NCBI GenBank assembly: GCA_965655685.1
Contig: CBFHHL010000118.1
Location: 16,696-80,695, forward strand
Source of the DNA: Luminiphilus sp.
Lineage (GTDB): Bacteria; Pseudomonadota; Gammaproteobacteria; Pseudomonadales; Halieaceae
Reading direction: 5' to 3'
Length of the DNA: 64,000 nt
Shown: positions 36,221 to 44,818 of the stretch, one piece after another
Layout of the letters: the number at the start of each line of letters is the position of its first letter
Position numbering within the stretch: position 1 is the stretch's first letter
Notes under the pieces: model-generated
Told to the model about the DNA's origin: nothing
The model's input: only the letters and a program-made list of their open reading frames with translations
Databases searched by the model: none
Position numbers and translations under genes: made by a program

Positions 36221-39076
36221 TCAGAAGCGATAAGAAAGTCTCAGACCCACAGTACGAGGTCGGTTAACCGTTGCTTCGGGCGAGAATTTACCCGCAGTTT
36301 GCACGATGGCACCTTCCTCACTGGTTATATTCTTGACGTAAAGCTCAGCGAGCCAGTCATCCTTCTCAACGCCGGCGGCGATGTTAACCATGGTGGCTGC
36401 TTCGTTCACGAAACGTGAGTTGGATGGCAGGTCACCATTACGATCCGCAACCGTACCAAATGTGCCGCCCTCATTTTGCTCGCCAAGGCCCGAGTCACGT
36501 CCGTAAGCGAGGATGCCGGTGTCGTTCATGAAAGCCGCACTGCCCACGATGCCTGCTACAGACTCACCACGATAAGTAACCGCACCTGTGAAGTAGCCGT
36601 TGGCACCCATGTTGGGAAGCTCGAAGTCGTAACGAGCACGGATATTACCCGAGAAGCTTGGTGCGAGTGGTAGCTCTGAACCTACCGGCACTGCAACACC
36701 TTCGAGCTGAGGGTTCAATCGAGTGATCTTCGTATCCAGGAAGCTCGCCGCACCTGAAATGATGAGGTTGTTTGTTGCCGCCCACTGGAAGTCAAGATCA
36801 ACACCGTTTGACTCGGCATCACCGACGTTCTCCATGAAGACAAGGAAGGCAACGTTTGATGGGTCAAAACGTGAAACCTGGAGGTCCGTGATGTCGGTCA
36901 TGTAGAAGCTAGCGTTTAATCGAAGTGTGCGATCGAGGAACTCACCCTTCATACCGAATTCGATGTTCTCGAGTGTGTCGGTAACGGCCACTGCAGGTAC
37001 CACGTAGCCGTCATAAACACCGCTCTGGTTCGCCGCAAGCTGACCCGCATTACGGTTCTGCGTTGCTGGTCGGTAACCCTCTGAGTAAATGCCGTAAAGC
37101 ATTACGTCATCGGTCAGGTTGAAGTTCAGCGAGAAGCGGACAATGGTGTCTTCTTCGCGCGTCGAACCGTCTTCTGAAACGGCGCTAATATCAAGGTTTC
37201 CGTTTTGGATTGCGGCAAGCGTTGCTGCGTTGCTACCACCACCTCGGAACATATCGCGCGCACCGTTGGGGCTCGTTGCGTTCAGGATGGTGTCAGCATT
37301 ACCGTTTGCCGCGTAATCACCCAGTGTAAGTAGGCGATCAGTTACGCTATTACTGAAGGCGTTTGAGTTACAACGGCCATCAGCAGTGACTTCTGCGTTG
37401 CCGAAACCCGCGCCCGCAGGTGTGTCGCGGTCAGTGAACGGCGCGCCGTATCGGCAACCAAAGGAGAAGTTCGATGCACCCTGAAGTTGTGACTTGAGGC
37501 TGTAGCGACGTGCGCTCAAGGCCGCGGTCAAGCGATCATTGAGGTCAAACTGCACCTCACCAAAGAACGCAGTTTCCTCTTCAGTACGAGTGAAGTCATT
37601 GTAGAAGGTAGTCAATGGACTTCTAGGGCCGTCAGTATTGGTGCCTGCCGTATCGGGAATAGTTGAGTTACCTACCTGGAAGGGGGCACCCGATCCAAAG
37701 TAGTTAACAATATGGTCACTGAAGGCATCATTGGTTGAAAGATACTGGAACTCACCCACGTGCGTTGTATCGACATCACTCGTGTATACGCCCGCCATCC
37801 AGCGTAAACGTTCGTCAGGGTCGCTACTTACGCGGAATTCGTGTGTTGTTCGCTCATTAGTCGACGCATCCGCATACTGTTTGGTGGGATCAAAACAGTT
37901 GTTTGCTGCGTTTGCTTTGTCGCCTGAGTAGATGTTTCCACTACAGAGGTAGTACGTGATGTAGCCACCACCGTTGTTGTAGTGGGTGTAGTCGATTAGC
38001 GCGTCGACTTCTCGGTCGATATAGCCGCCTGTGTAGACGACATCCAGGTTTGCAATACGGCCTTCCAGCGTCCACGTCGTAATATCAAATTCGTCGACGT
38101 TGCTCTCTGGAACATACTTCTCCGCCGTTGAATCGCCCAGACTTGGATCAATGAGGAAGGATCCTTCAACATCAATCTCTTGAGACATTCGAGTGACTGT
38201 GCCACTCCACTCGTCGTTGAAGTCGTAAGCCGCCGCCACACGATAGCCGTTATAGGTAGCTTCGTTCCAATCATCCTCTACGATATCGGTGTTGGTTACA
38301 GACCGAATTGTTGTCAGCGGGAAGTCGCCGAAGAAGGGGCCAAAACCAGCTGAGTTGTTGCGGTCAATGACTTCACCATTAGGGGTAAAGGTCGCCTGCT
38401 GATTGTCTATCCAACCACCTTGGTTGTCGCTGTAGCCGACGAAGCGTACGGCTAGCTTGTCTGTCAGCGGCAGATTAATCATCGCTTCGACGTTGTTGCT
38501 CGCTGCACCACCCTGCGTGTTACTGATGCCGAAATCAAGAGACGCCTCGAACTCATCGCGGTTAGGCTTGTTCGTGATAAGGCGCATGTTGCCTGACTGC
38601 GAGCTCGCGCCGAACAATGTTCCCTGTGGACCAGACAGCACCTCGATGCGCTGTAGGTCGGCTGCGTAGACGTCGAGATTTCTCGCGCCAAATGAGACAG
38701 GCATTTCGTCAAAATACAACGCCACACCGGGCGCTGAGCCCTGCGCAGGTGCCACGGTGATCGAAGATTGCTCAGAGGCAGAACCGCGGATGTATATTTC
38801 CTTTTGGCCAGGGCCAATACCAGCGCTGACGACGTTAGGTAAAAATTCTACGTATTCATCAAACGTCAAAATGTTTTGTGAACGCATCGCGTCGCCTGTC
38901 AGCGCATTCACTGAAATTGGAACGTCCTGGAGGTTTTCAGTCCGCTTTGTCGCGGTCACCACAACCTCTTCTAACTGTGGGTTTTGAGCTAGCGCTGTTG
39001 ACGCCAAAACAGGCGTAATGGCAGTGGCTACAGCAAGCGAAAGTGGCCGCTTGCCATTGGGCTTCGAGCGAAACAT
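36221..39076 (-). CDS. TonB-dependent receptor (module B)
   Basis: 951 aa from ATG 39076 (MFRSKPNGKRPLSLAVATAITPVLASTALAQ, a signal peptide). TonB box LEEVVVTATKR, plug DVPISVNALTG, terminal ...GLRLSYRF. The 65-codon N-terminal extension in the ORF track is Lys-rich and AT-rich and is unlikely to be coding. Confidence 0.9.
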   Translation of the reverse strand: MFRSKPNGKRPLSLAVATAITPVLASTALAQNPQLEEVVVTATKRTENLQDVPISVNALTGDAMRSQNILTFDEYVEFLPNVVSAGIGPGQKEIYIRGSASEQSSITVAPAQGSAPGVALYFDEMPVSFGARNLDVYAADLQRIEVLSGPQGTLFGASSQSGNMRLITNKPNRDEFEASLDFGISNTQGGAASNNVEAMINLPLTDKLAVRFVGYSDNQGGWIDNQQATFTPNGEVIDRNNSAGFGPFFGDFPLTTIRSVTNTDIVEDDWNEATYNGYRVAAAYDFNDEWSGTVTRMSQEIDVEGSFLIDPSLGDSTAEKYVPESNVDEFDITTWTLEGRIANLDVVYTGGYIDREVDALIDYTHYNNGGGYITYYLCSGNIYSGDKANAANNCFDPTKQYADASTNERTTHEFRVSSDPDERLRWMAGVYTSDVDTTHVGEFQYLSTNDAFSDHIVNYFGSGAPFQVGNSTIPDTAGTNTDGPRSPLTTFYNDFTRTEEETAFFGEVQFDLNDRLTAALSARRYSLKSQLQGASNFSFGCRYGAPFTDRDTPAGAGFGNAEVTADGRCNSNAFSNSVTDRLLTLGDYAANGNADTILNATSPNGARDMFRGGGSNAATLAAIQNGNLDISAVSEDGSTREEDTIVRFSLNFNLTDDVMLYGIYSEGYRPATQNRNAGQLAANQSGVYDGYVVPAVAVTDTLENIEFGMKGEFLDRTLRLNASFYMTDITDLQVSRFDPSNVAFLVFMENVGDAESNGVDLDFQWAATNNLIISGAASFLDTKITRLNPQLEGVAVPVGSELPLAPSFSGNIRARYDFELPNMGANGYFTGAVTYRGESVAGIVGSAAFMNDTGILAYGRDSGLGEQNEGGTFGTVADRNGDLPSNSRFVNEAATMVNIAAGVEKDDWLAELYVKNITSEEGAIVQTAGKFSPEATVNRPRTVGLRLSYRF

Positions 39077-39300
39077 AGAGATCTTCCATTTATTAAAGTG
39101 GTGAAGCAATTTTAACTCAAAGCATTTAAATCCTCTACCCCGCTTCAGAATCATGATAAATAATTGATTTTCATGAGATATTTTGTTGTTTTTGTTGATA
39201 TTTCGCAACCTAAATGCTTTTTGCCCTTTTGATTTTTTGCGTTTAGTGGATGGGCCTAGATGCTGGTACACTTTGGGCTCTTACTAATAAGGGCGTGTTC

Positions 39301-41256
39301 ATGTCGACTTTGTCCGATCGCGGTTTTGTTGTTGACCGTGCTGTCTTCATCCCCTCAATTGTCTTCTTGCTGAGTACTGTGGGAGGGGTTCTCGCCTTCC
39401 CGGAGGCCAGTGACGCGGCATTCGGCGCTATGCAGGGGGCCATCGTGAAACACGCAAGCTGGTATTACGGGCTCGTGATGGCCGTACTGCTAATTACGTC
39501 GGCCGTATTAGCGTTTTCTCGAGTAGGGAATATTCGGCTGGGCCCTGACAACTCATCACCCGATTACAGCCTGTTCTCTTGGTTATCGATGCTCTTTGCG
39601 GCGGGCGTCGGGATTGGACTCATGTTTTATGGCGTGGCAGAGCCTGTTGTCCATTACCTAAAGCCCCCCGTCGGTATGGGAGCGTCCCCTGGAGGCGAGC
39701 GTCAGGCGGTAAACCTGACGATGCTGCATTGGGGTTTCAACGCTTGGTCGGTATATGCACTCATGGCTTTGGTGCTAGCCTATTTCTCATTCCGGCGTGG
39801 TTTGCCGCTGACATTGCGGTCGGCCTTTTACCCTATTTTAGGTGATCGTATTTACGGCCCTTTGGGTGCGGCGATTGATGTTTTCGCCATCGTCTGTACT
39901 ACCTTTGGTATTTCGACGAGCTTGGGTTTAGGTGTAGAGCAGCTAAGTACTGGACTAAATTATCTGTTCGATGTTCCTGAGTCGGGCGGCTTAACGCTCG
40001 CCATTACAGTGGCGATTATGGCAATGGCGGCTGTGTCAGTAGCCCTTGGGCTAGATACGGGTATCAAGCGACTTTCTGAGATTAACTCTTTCCTCGCTAT
40101 AGCGCTTCTATGCTTCGTGCTTTTGGTGGGGCCAACGGCACTGATTCTAGGCGGTACGCTTGAAAACTTCGGTTTCTATGTCGCTAACCTGATAACCACT
40201 TCGACCAACCTTTTCACTTATGAAGACACTGAATGGCTGGGTGGTTGGACGATATTCTATTGGGGGTGGTGGATAAGTTGGGCACCTTTTGTTGGTATCT
40301 TTATCGCTCGCATTTCGCGTGGCCGCACTATTCGGGAGTTTTTGATTGGTGTCATGCTGGCGCCAACCCTATTTGTCGTACTTTGGATGAATGTCTTCGG
40401 TGGTAGTGCCATCGAGCTTATTCATGCGGGTGAGGTGGCATTTGGCGATGCGGTTGCTAATAATCAGCCGTTGGGTCTGTTCCTCTTTCTCGATTATCTG
40501 CCCGGCACGTTTTATCTTTCGCTTCTTAGTTTGGTCATGATTGTTATCTTTTTCGTGACCTCCGCGGATAGCGGAGCACTTGTCCTCAATATGATGGCTT
40601 CGGGCGGTATTGATGAGACCCCCGTCTTTCAGCGCGTTTTGTGGACCGGCATCATCGCCGCCATCTCCGCGACGTTGCTGATAAATGGTGGCTTGCAAGC
40701 TTTGCAAACCGCAACGATCGCCAGCGCTCTGCCATTCTCGCTCATTTTGTTAGGCGCGCTGTGGGGGCTTCAACGATCACTTCAGTCTGATATGCAGTCG
40801 AGTTTTGGAAAGGCGCCGGCAAGCTTTGATACCGATGCGGACGTCGAGTGGCAAACGCGGCTGGCCTCATTGCTGAAAGAGCCGTCTGACAACTCGGTCC
40901 TTAAGTTTCAGCGAGAAACGGTATTTCCCGCGCTTTCAGCCTTCGCCACTGAGCTCAGCAAAAACGGCGTGGCCGCCGAAGTGATTGATCAGACTGATCG
41001 CGATGGCTCCATTTCATTGAGCACTGCCGGTGACGAGGAATCAGCATTTACTTATTCGGTGAAGCTGGCGCCGCAGAGTGTCGATGCTTCTGCTGATGCG
41101 AGTGGTGATGAAGTGTCCCTGCCCGTTGAGGGATCCACATCGGTGACTGATGTGCACCTCGCTTCAGGGTCTGTTGGTTATTGCTTGTGGGGTCTGACAG
41201 AGGCGCAGGTCATCGCAGATGTGCTTTCACAGTTTGAGCAACACCGGCGTACTTAA
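39301..41256 (+). CDS. BCCT-family transporter (BetT-like, long cytoplasmic C-terminal tail)
   Basis: 651 aa from ATG 39301. The BCCT signature region is WTIFYWGWWISWAPFVGIFIARISRGRTIREF. An approx 150-aa hydrophilic tail is present, as in BetT-type choline transporters. Confidence 0.85.
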   Translation: MSTLSDRGFVVDRAVFIPSIVFLLSTVGGVLAFPEASDAAFGAMQGAIVKHASWYYGLVMAVLLITSAVLAFSRVGNIRLGPDNSSPDYSLFSWLSMLFAAGVGIGLMFYGVAEPVVHYLKPPVGMGASPGGERQAVNLTMLHWGFNAWSVYALMALVLAYFSFRRGLPLTLRSAFYPILGDRIYGPLGAAIDVFAIVCTTFGISTSLGLGVEQLSTGLNYLFDVPESGGLTLAITVAIMAMAAVSVALGLDTGIKRLSEINSFLAIALLCFVLLVGPTALILGGTLENFGFYVANLITTSTNLFTYEDTEWLGGWTIFYWGWWISWAPFVGIFIARISRGRTIREFLIGVMLAPTLFVVLWMNVFGGSAIELIHAGEVAFGDAVANNQPLGLFLFLDYLPGTFYLSLLSLVMIVIFFVTSADSGALVLNMMASGGIDETPVFQRVLWTGIIAAISATLLINGGLQALQTATIASALPFSLILLGALWGLQRSLQSDMQSSFGKAPASFDTDADVEWQTRLASLLKEPSDNSVLKFQRETVFPALSAFATELSKNGVAAEVIDQTDRDGSISLSTAGDEESAFTYSVKLAPQSVDASADASGDEVSLPVEGSTSVTDVHLASGSVGYCLWGLTEAQVIADVLSQFEQHRRT

Positions 41257-42071
41257 TTGACGATGGTGATCTCTGTGGCGGGCAGCTTGCTGCCCGTCGG
41301 ATTCAACGACCTCATTGAGGGAATCATAGCGTTGAGTCGCGCCTGCCGATCGTTGGGCGCAGGGTGTGTGCTGAGAAACTCTGGTGGGCGCTTTTCCCCC
41401 AGTCCAGACATTTTTTGCCACAACGTGACCGCTGCCTCGGGGTCATAACCAGCCATTGTTGCTAAGCGCATTCCGAGTCGATCTGCCTCCGTCTCCGCTG
41501 TGCGACTGTTGGGTAATTCGAGCGCTACTTGTGCCAGCAGTTCTGCGCCTTGCCCCGCGTTTTGGCTGCCGTCAGTCGCTGCACTTACGGCAATCAAGCC
41601 CAATTGAATCGCCATGGCGCGCGACATGCGCTCAGCCGTATGATTTGCCAGTGCGTGTGAAATTTCGTGCCCCATGATTTGCGCAAACTCGGCGTCAGTG
41701 AGCGTAAGCTGCTCGAACAAGCCCGTGTAGACGGCCATTCGACCACCTGCCATGCACCAAGCGTTTACCGTATCGTCATCTTCAACGACGACGACGCTCC
41801 AGTCCCAGTTGGCCGATCGCGGAAACTCTCTAACCGCAGCTGTTACCACACGACCTGCTACGCGCCGGATACGTGCCTCCAGTAACCGATCTTGAGAGAT
41901 CTGGTTCTCTTCTCGAATGCCCTCTACGGCCTGACGATAAGCGCCCCGCGACTGCTGTATTGCAGACTCGGGCGAGACGATGAGGAATTGGCTTCTGCCC
42001 GTAGGACTCGTGCTGCACGCCGTTAAAAGGCAGATAAGAAAAGATCCAGCTGCAATATTCAGAAGGCGCAT
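41253..42071 (-). CDS. M48-family zinc metalloprotease, lipoprotein
   Basis: 272 aa. Lipobox LLTAC and HEISHALANH (HExxH) are present, with a downstream E (ETEADRLG). Confidence 0.8.
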   Translation of the reverse strand: MRLLNIAAGSFLICLLTACSTSPTGRSQFLIVSPESAIQQSRGAYRQAVEGIREENQISQDRLLEARIRRVAGRVVTAAVREFPRSANWDWSVVVVEDDDTVNAWCMAGGRMAVYTGLFEQLTLTDAEFAQIMGHEISHALANHTAERMSRAMAIQLGLIAVSAATDGSQNAGQGAELLAQVALELPNSRTAETEADRLGMRLATMAGYDPEAAVTLWQKMSGLGEKRPPEFLSTHPAPNDRQARLNAMIPSMRSLNPTGSKLPATEITIVN

Positions 42072-42196
42072 GGTTTAAAAGCTCCCAATCGGTGTTACTT
42101 AAATCGCTGTCGTACTGGCTGTCGCATTGTCTGGGATCGGACCCATGACAGGCAGAGCCAGGCATTTACAGAACATGTAAGTCTGTGGCCTCCCCG

Positions 42197-43222
42197 TCAA
42201 CCGGGCTCGGATTCTGCCCCCGCTACGACGCGAAGGAGGCCTCGGTAGACACGGGTTGCATCCGCCTGTCCTTCAAGAATGCGGTGTATCTCAGTGCAAA
42301 TAGGCACCTCGATATCGAACTTATCGGCAAGCGACACAACGGTAGGTGCACTTTTTACGCCCTCTGCCACCATGTTCATAGCGTTGGTGATTTCTTCGAC
42401 CGACTTTCCTTGAGCTAACTCCAGACCTACGTGACGGTTTCGGCTTTGCGGGCTGTTGCAGGTAGCAATCATGTCGCCCATTCCCGCGAGACCCGCGAAG
42501 GTTTCAGGTCGTCCCCCCATTGCAGTTCCGAGGCGAGTGACCTCAGCCAAACCACGGGTGATTAAGGCTGCGCGAGTATTATCGCCCGCCCCGAGGCCGT
42601 CACCGAGTCCGACGGCAATTGCGATTATGTTTTTTAGGATGCCGCCCAGCTCACATCCAATGACGTCATTGTTGTGATAGGTCCGAAAGAGCCCTACGTT
42701 CAGAACGGGCTGTAGCCACTCAGCGGAGGGGTCGTCCAGCGCTAATACGCTAGCGGCTGCCTTGCCTTGGAGTATCTCTTTAGCGAGATTTGGTCCTGTT
42801 ATCACGCCAGCGGGATGGTCAGGACAATATTCGTTGATCACTTGGGTCATTCGCTTTTGGGTGCTCGCCTCGAGTCCCTTGGTCATGCTAACGATCGGAA
42901 TACCCTCAGGGACCAGCGCCGCAACACGCTCGAAAACGCCTCTGAAGGTATGCGACGGAATCGCAACGAGAACCGCTTGGGCATTCGTAAGTGCCTGCCT
43001 CAGATCCGTTGTGGCAAAGAGCAGCGGGTTTAGCTCTAGGCCGCCTAGATAGCGTTCATGGGTGTGAGCGATATTGATCTCGTTGACAACCGCCTCATCT
43101 CGCGCCCAAAGCGTCACTTGAGCATTGCGGCTCACCAGTGAGGCTAACGTCGTACCCCAGGAGCCACCGCCAATAACGGCAATACGGGTTTGACTGTCTT
43201 TTGGTGTGTTCAGAGCATCCAC
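42197..43222 (-). CDS. gpsA: NAD(P)H-dependent glycerol-3-phosphate dehydrogenase
   Basis: 341 aa. IAVIGGGSWGTTLA, KGLE, GGILKNIIAIAVG and NRHVGLELAQGKS are typical GpsA motifs. Confidence 0.9.
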   Translation of the reverse strand: MDALNTPKDSQTRIAVIGGGSWGTTLASLVSRNAQVTLWARDEAVVNEINIAHTHERYLGGLELNPLLFATTDLRQALTNAQAVLVAIPSHTFRGVFERVAALVPEGIPIVSMTKGLEASTQKRMTQVINEYCPDHPAGVITGPNLAKEILQGKAAASVLALDDPSAEWLQPVLNVGLFRTYHNNDVIGCELGGILKNIIAIAVGLGDGLGAGDNTRAALITRGLAEVTRLGTAMGGRPETFAGLAGMGDMIATCNSPQSRNRHVGLELAQGKSVEEITNAMNMVAEGVKSAPTVVSLADKFDIEVPICTEIHRILEGQADATRVYRGLLRVVAGAESEPG

Positions 43223-43353
43223 CTATGTGTCGAACTTACGTGACGCGCGAGGATGGAGGTTAAGCCTAAAAAACTCAAGCCGAGGTGAATTTTTTGCGCC
43301 ATCGCAATGTAGACTCTTTTTCTATGAATGTCTCGGAGGGGGGTTAGGCTGCA

Positions 43354-44712
43354 ATGGAATATGGAATTGTCAGCTTGCTGCCAACAGCGCTTGTCTTGGC
43401 GCTGGCGATAAAAACACAGCGAACGCTCGAGTCTGTTGTGGCGGGAGCGATCTTCGCTTTTCTCATCATGGATGGCATGGGTTTTGTCGAGACACTTGCT
43501 GAGGTGTCTTTGTCGGTGCTTCGCGATGAGGACATCGCTTGGATTATTTTGGTGTGCGCACTCTATGGCGTCTTCATTGCGCTTCTTGTTAGGAGCGGTG
43601 GTTCCATGGCCTTTGGTAGGTTGCTGCTGACTCGTCTTGAAAGTAAGCGCCAAAGCCTACTAACGACGTGGCTCCTTGGGCTGGTAATTTTCCTCGACGA
43701 TTACCTGAATTCCTTAACCGTCGGGGCGACAATGAAAGCAGTAACTGATCGCTTCAAAACATCGCGCGCCATGCTTGCCTACGTTGTTGATTCGACTGCA
43801 GCGCCGCTTTGTTTGTTAATACCGATATCGAGTTGGGGGGCTTATTTTGCAGGCCTGCTAGAAAAGAATGCGGTTGCCGCCGATGGGCAAGGCTTGACTC
43901 TTTTTATCGACTCGATTCCCTTCATGTTTTACCCGATCATCGCAGTGCTTGTAGTGCCTTTAGTTGTTCTTGGTGTCATTCCTCGTCTTGGTGCTATGGC
44001 GACAGCAGAAGCGCTTGCCGAGGAAACTGGCGAGTTGGGTATTTGCGAAGACCCTTCGAATGAATTGGAGTTTGGATCGGGCGGGGCGGGCACGTTTTTT
44101 ATTCCGATTGCAGCACTCCTCTACTTCACGATCTTCCCCGTTTTATCCTTGTCACCGAGTGTCGACCTACTGCGCGGCGTGATAGCGGGCATTATTGTGA
44201 CGCTGGGGTATTACGCGTCTTTGAGAATCATGCCCCTTTCAGAGCTTTTCGACACGTGCACGAACGGCATTAAAATCATGGTCCCCGTGCTCGCGATGCT
44301 TCTTGTCTTGTTTATTTTCGTAGAGGCTAATGACCGGATTGGGCTCACGGATTACGTTATTCAATCGGTAAAACCCTACATGACCGCAACATGGTTGCCC
44401 GTGATTATCTTTGTCACCATGTCCGCGGTGTCTTTCGCCACGGGCTCAAACTGGGGCGTCATCGCGATAGCCATGCCGGTGGCTTTCCCGTTGGCGGAGG
44501 CCTACGGCGTCAGTATTCCACTTGTCATCGGGGCACTCTTGTCGGCAAGCGGATTTGGCAGTCATGCCTGCTTTTACTCCGACTCCACAGTCTTGTCTGC
44601 GCAGGGTGCCGGTTGTGATACCTACCAACATGCGATTACCCAGTTACCCTATGCCCTGCTGTCCGCCGGCGTGGCGGCTGTATTTTTTTTCGTTGCAGCC
44701 CTGATGGTGTAG
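43354..44712 (+). CDS. NhaC-family Na+/H+ antiporter-like membrane protein
   Basis: 452 aa, polytopic. FLDDYLNSLTVGATMKAVTDRFKTSRAMLAYVVDSTAAP is typical of the NhaC C-terminal-domain family. Confidence 0.75.
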   Translation: MEYGIVSLLPTALVLALAIKTQRTLESVVAGAIFAFLIMDGMGFVETLAEVSLSVLRDEDIAWIILVCALYGVFIALLVRSGGSMAFGRLLLTRLESKRQSLLTTWLLGLVIFLDDYLNSLTVGATMKAVTDRFKTSRAMLAYVVDSTAAPLCLLIPISSWGAYFAGLLEKNAVAADGQGLTLFIDSIPFMFYPIIAVLVVPLVVLGVIPRLGAMATAEALAEETGELGICEDPSNELEFGSGGAGTFFIPIAALLYFTIFPVLSLSPSVDLLRGVIAGIIVTLGYYASLRIMPLSELFDTCTNGIKIMVPVLAMLLVLFIFVEANDRIGLTDYVIQSVKPYMTATWLPVIIFVTMSAVSFATGSNWGVIAIAMPVAFPLAEAYGVSIPLVIGALLSASGFGSHACFYSDSTVLSAQGAGCDTYQHAITQLPYALLSAGVAAVFFFVAALMV

Positions 44713-44818
44713 CATCTGATACTGAGTACGTGACCTGAGTGCTCTTGTAAAACTGCATGTTATTTGGACAGCCCTAGATATCGACGACCCTGACCCGGAT
44801 TTCCTTGGAGATTTGCCG

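Noticed and set aside
39151-39176. Fur-box-like AT-rich element TCATGATAAATAATTGATTTTCATGA, 75-100 nt upstream of receptor B.
   Set aside because: Only about 11 of 19 positions match the GATAATGATAATCATTATC consensus in the best register, and the dyad symmetry is poor. It may simply be AT-rich promoter DNA. A PWM scan would be needed before calling it.
39077-39271. N-terminal extensions in the ORF track: receptor B from 39271, ADH from 17000, cysK from 61531, DASS from 52860, csoR-like from 61503, TPR-sulfotransferase from 36182 and BCCT from 39250.
   Set aside because: In each case the extension crosses a terminator or operator, overlaps a divergent gene, or precedes an obvious signal peptide or Shine-Dalgarno plus ATG. 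The extension sequences are non-homologous and compositionally atypical, so shorter models were used.
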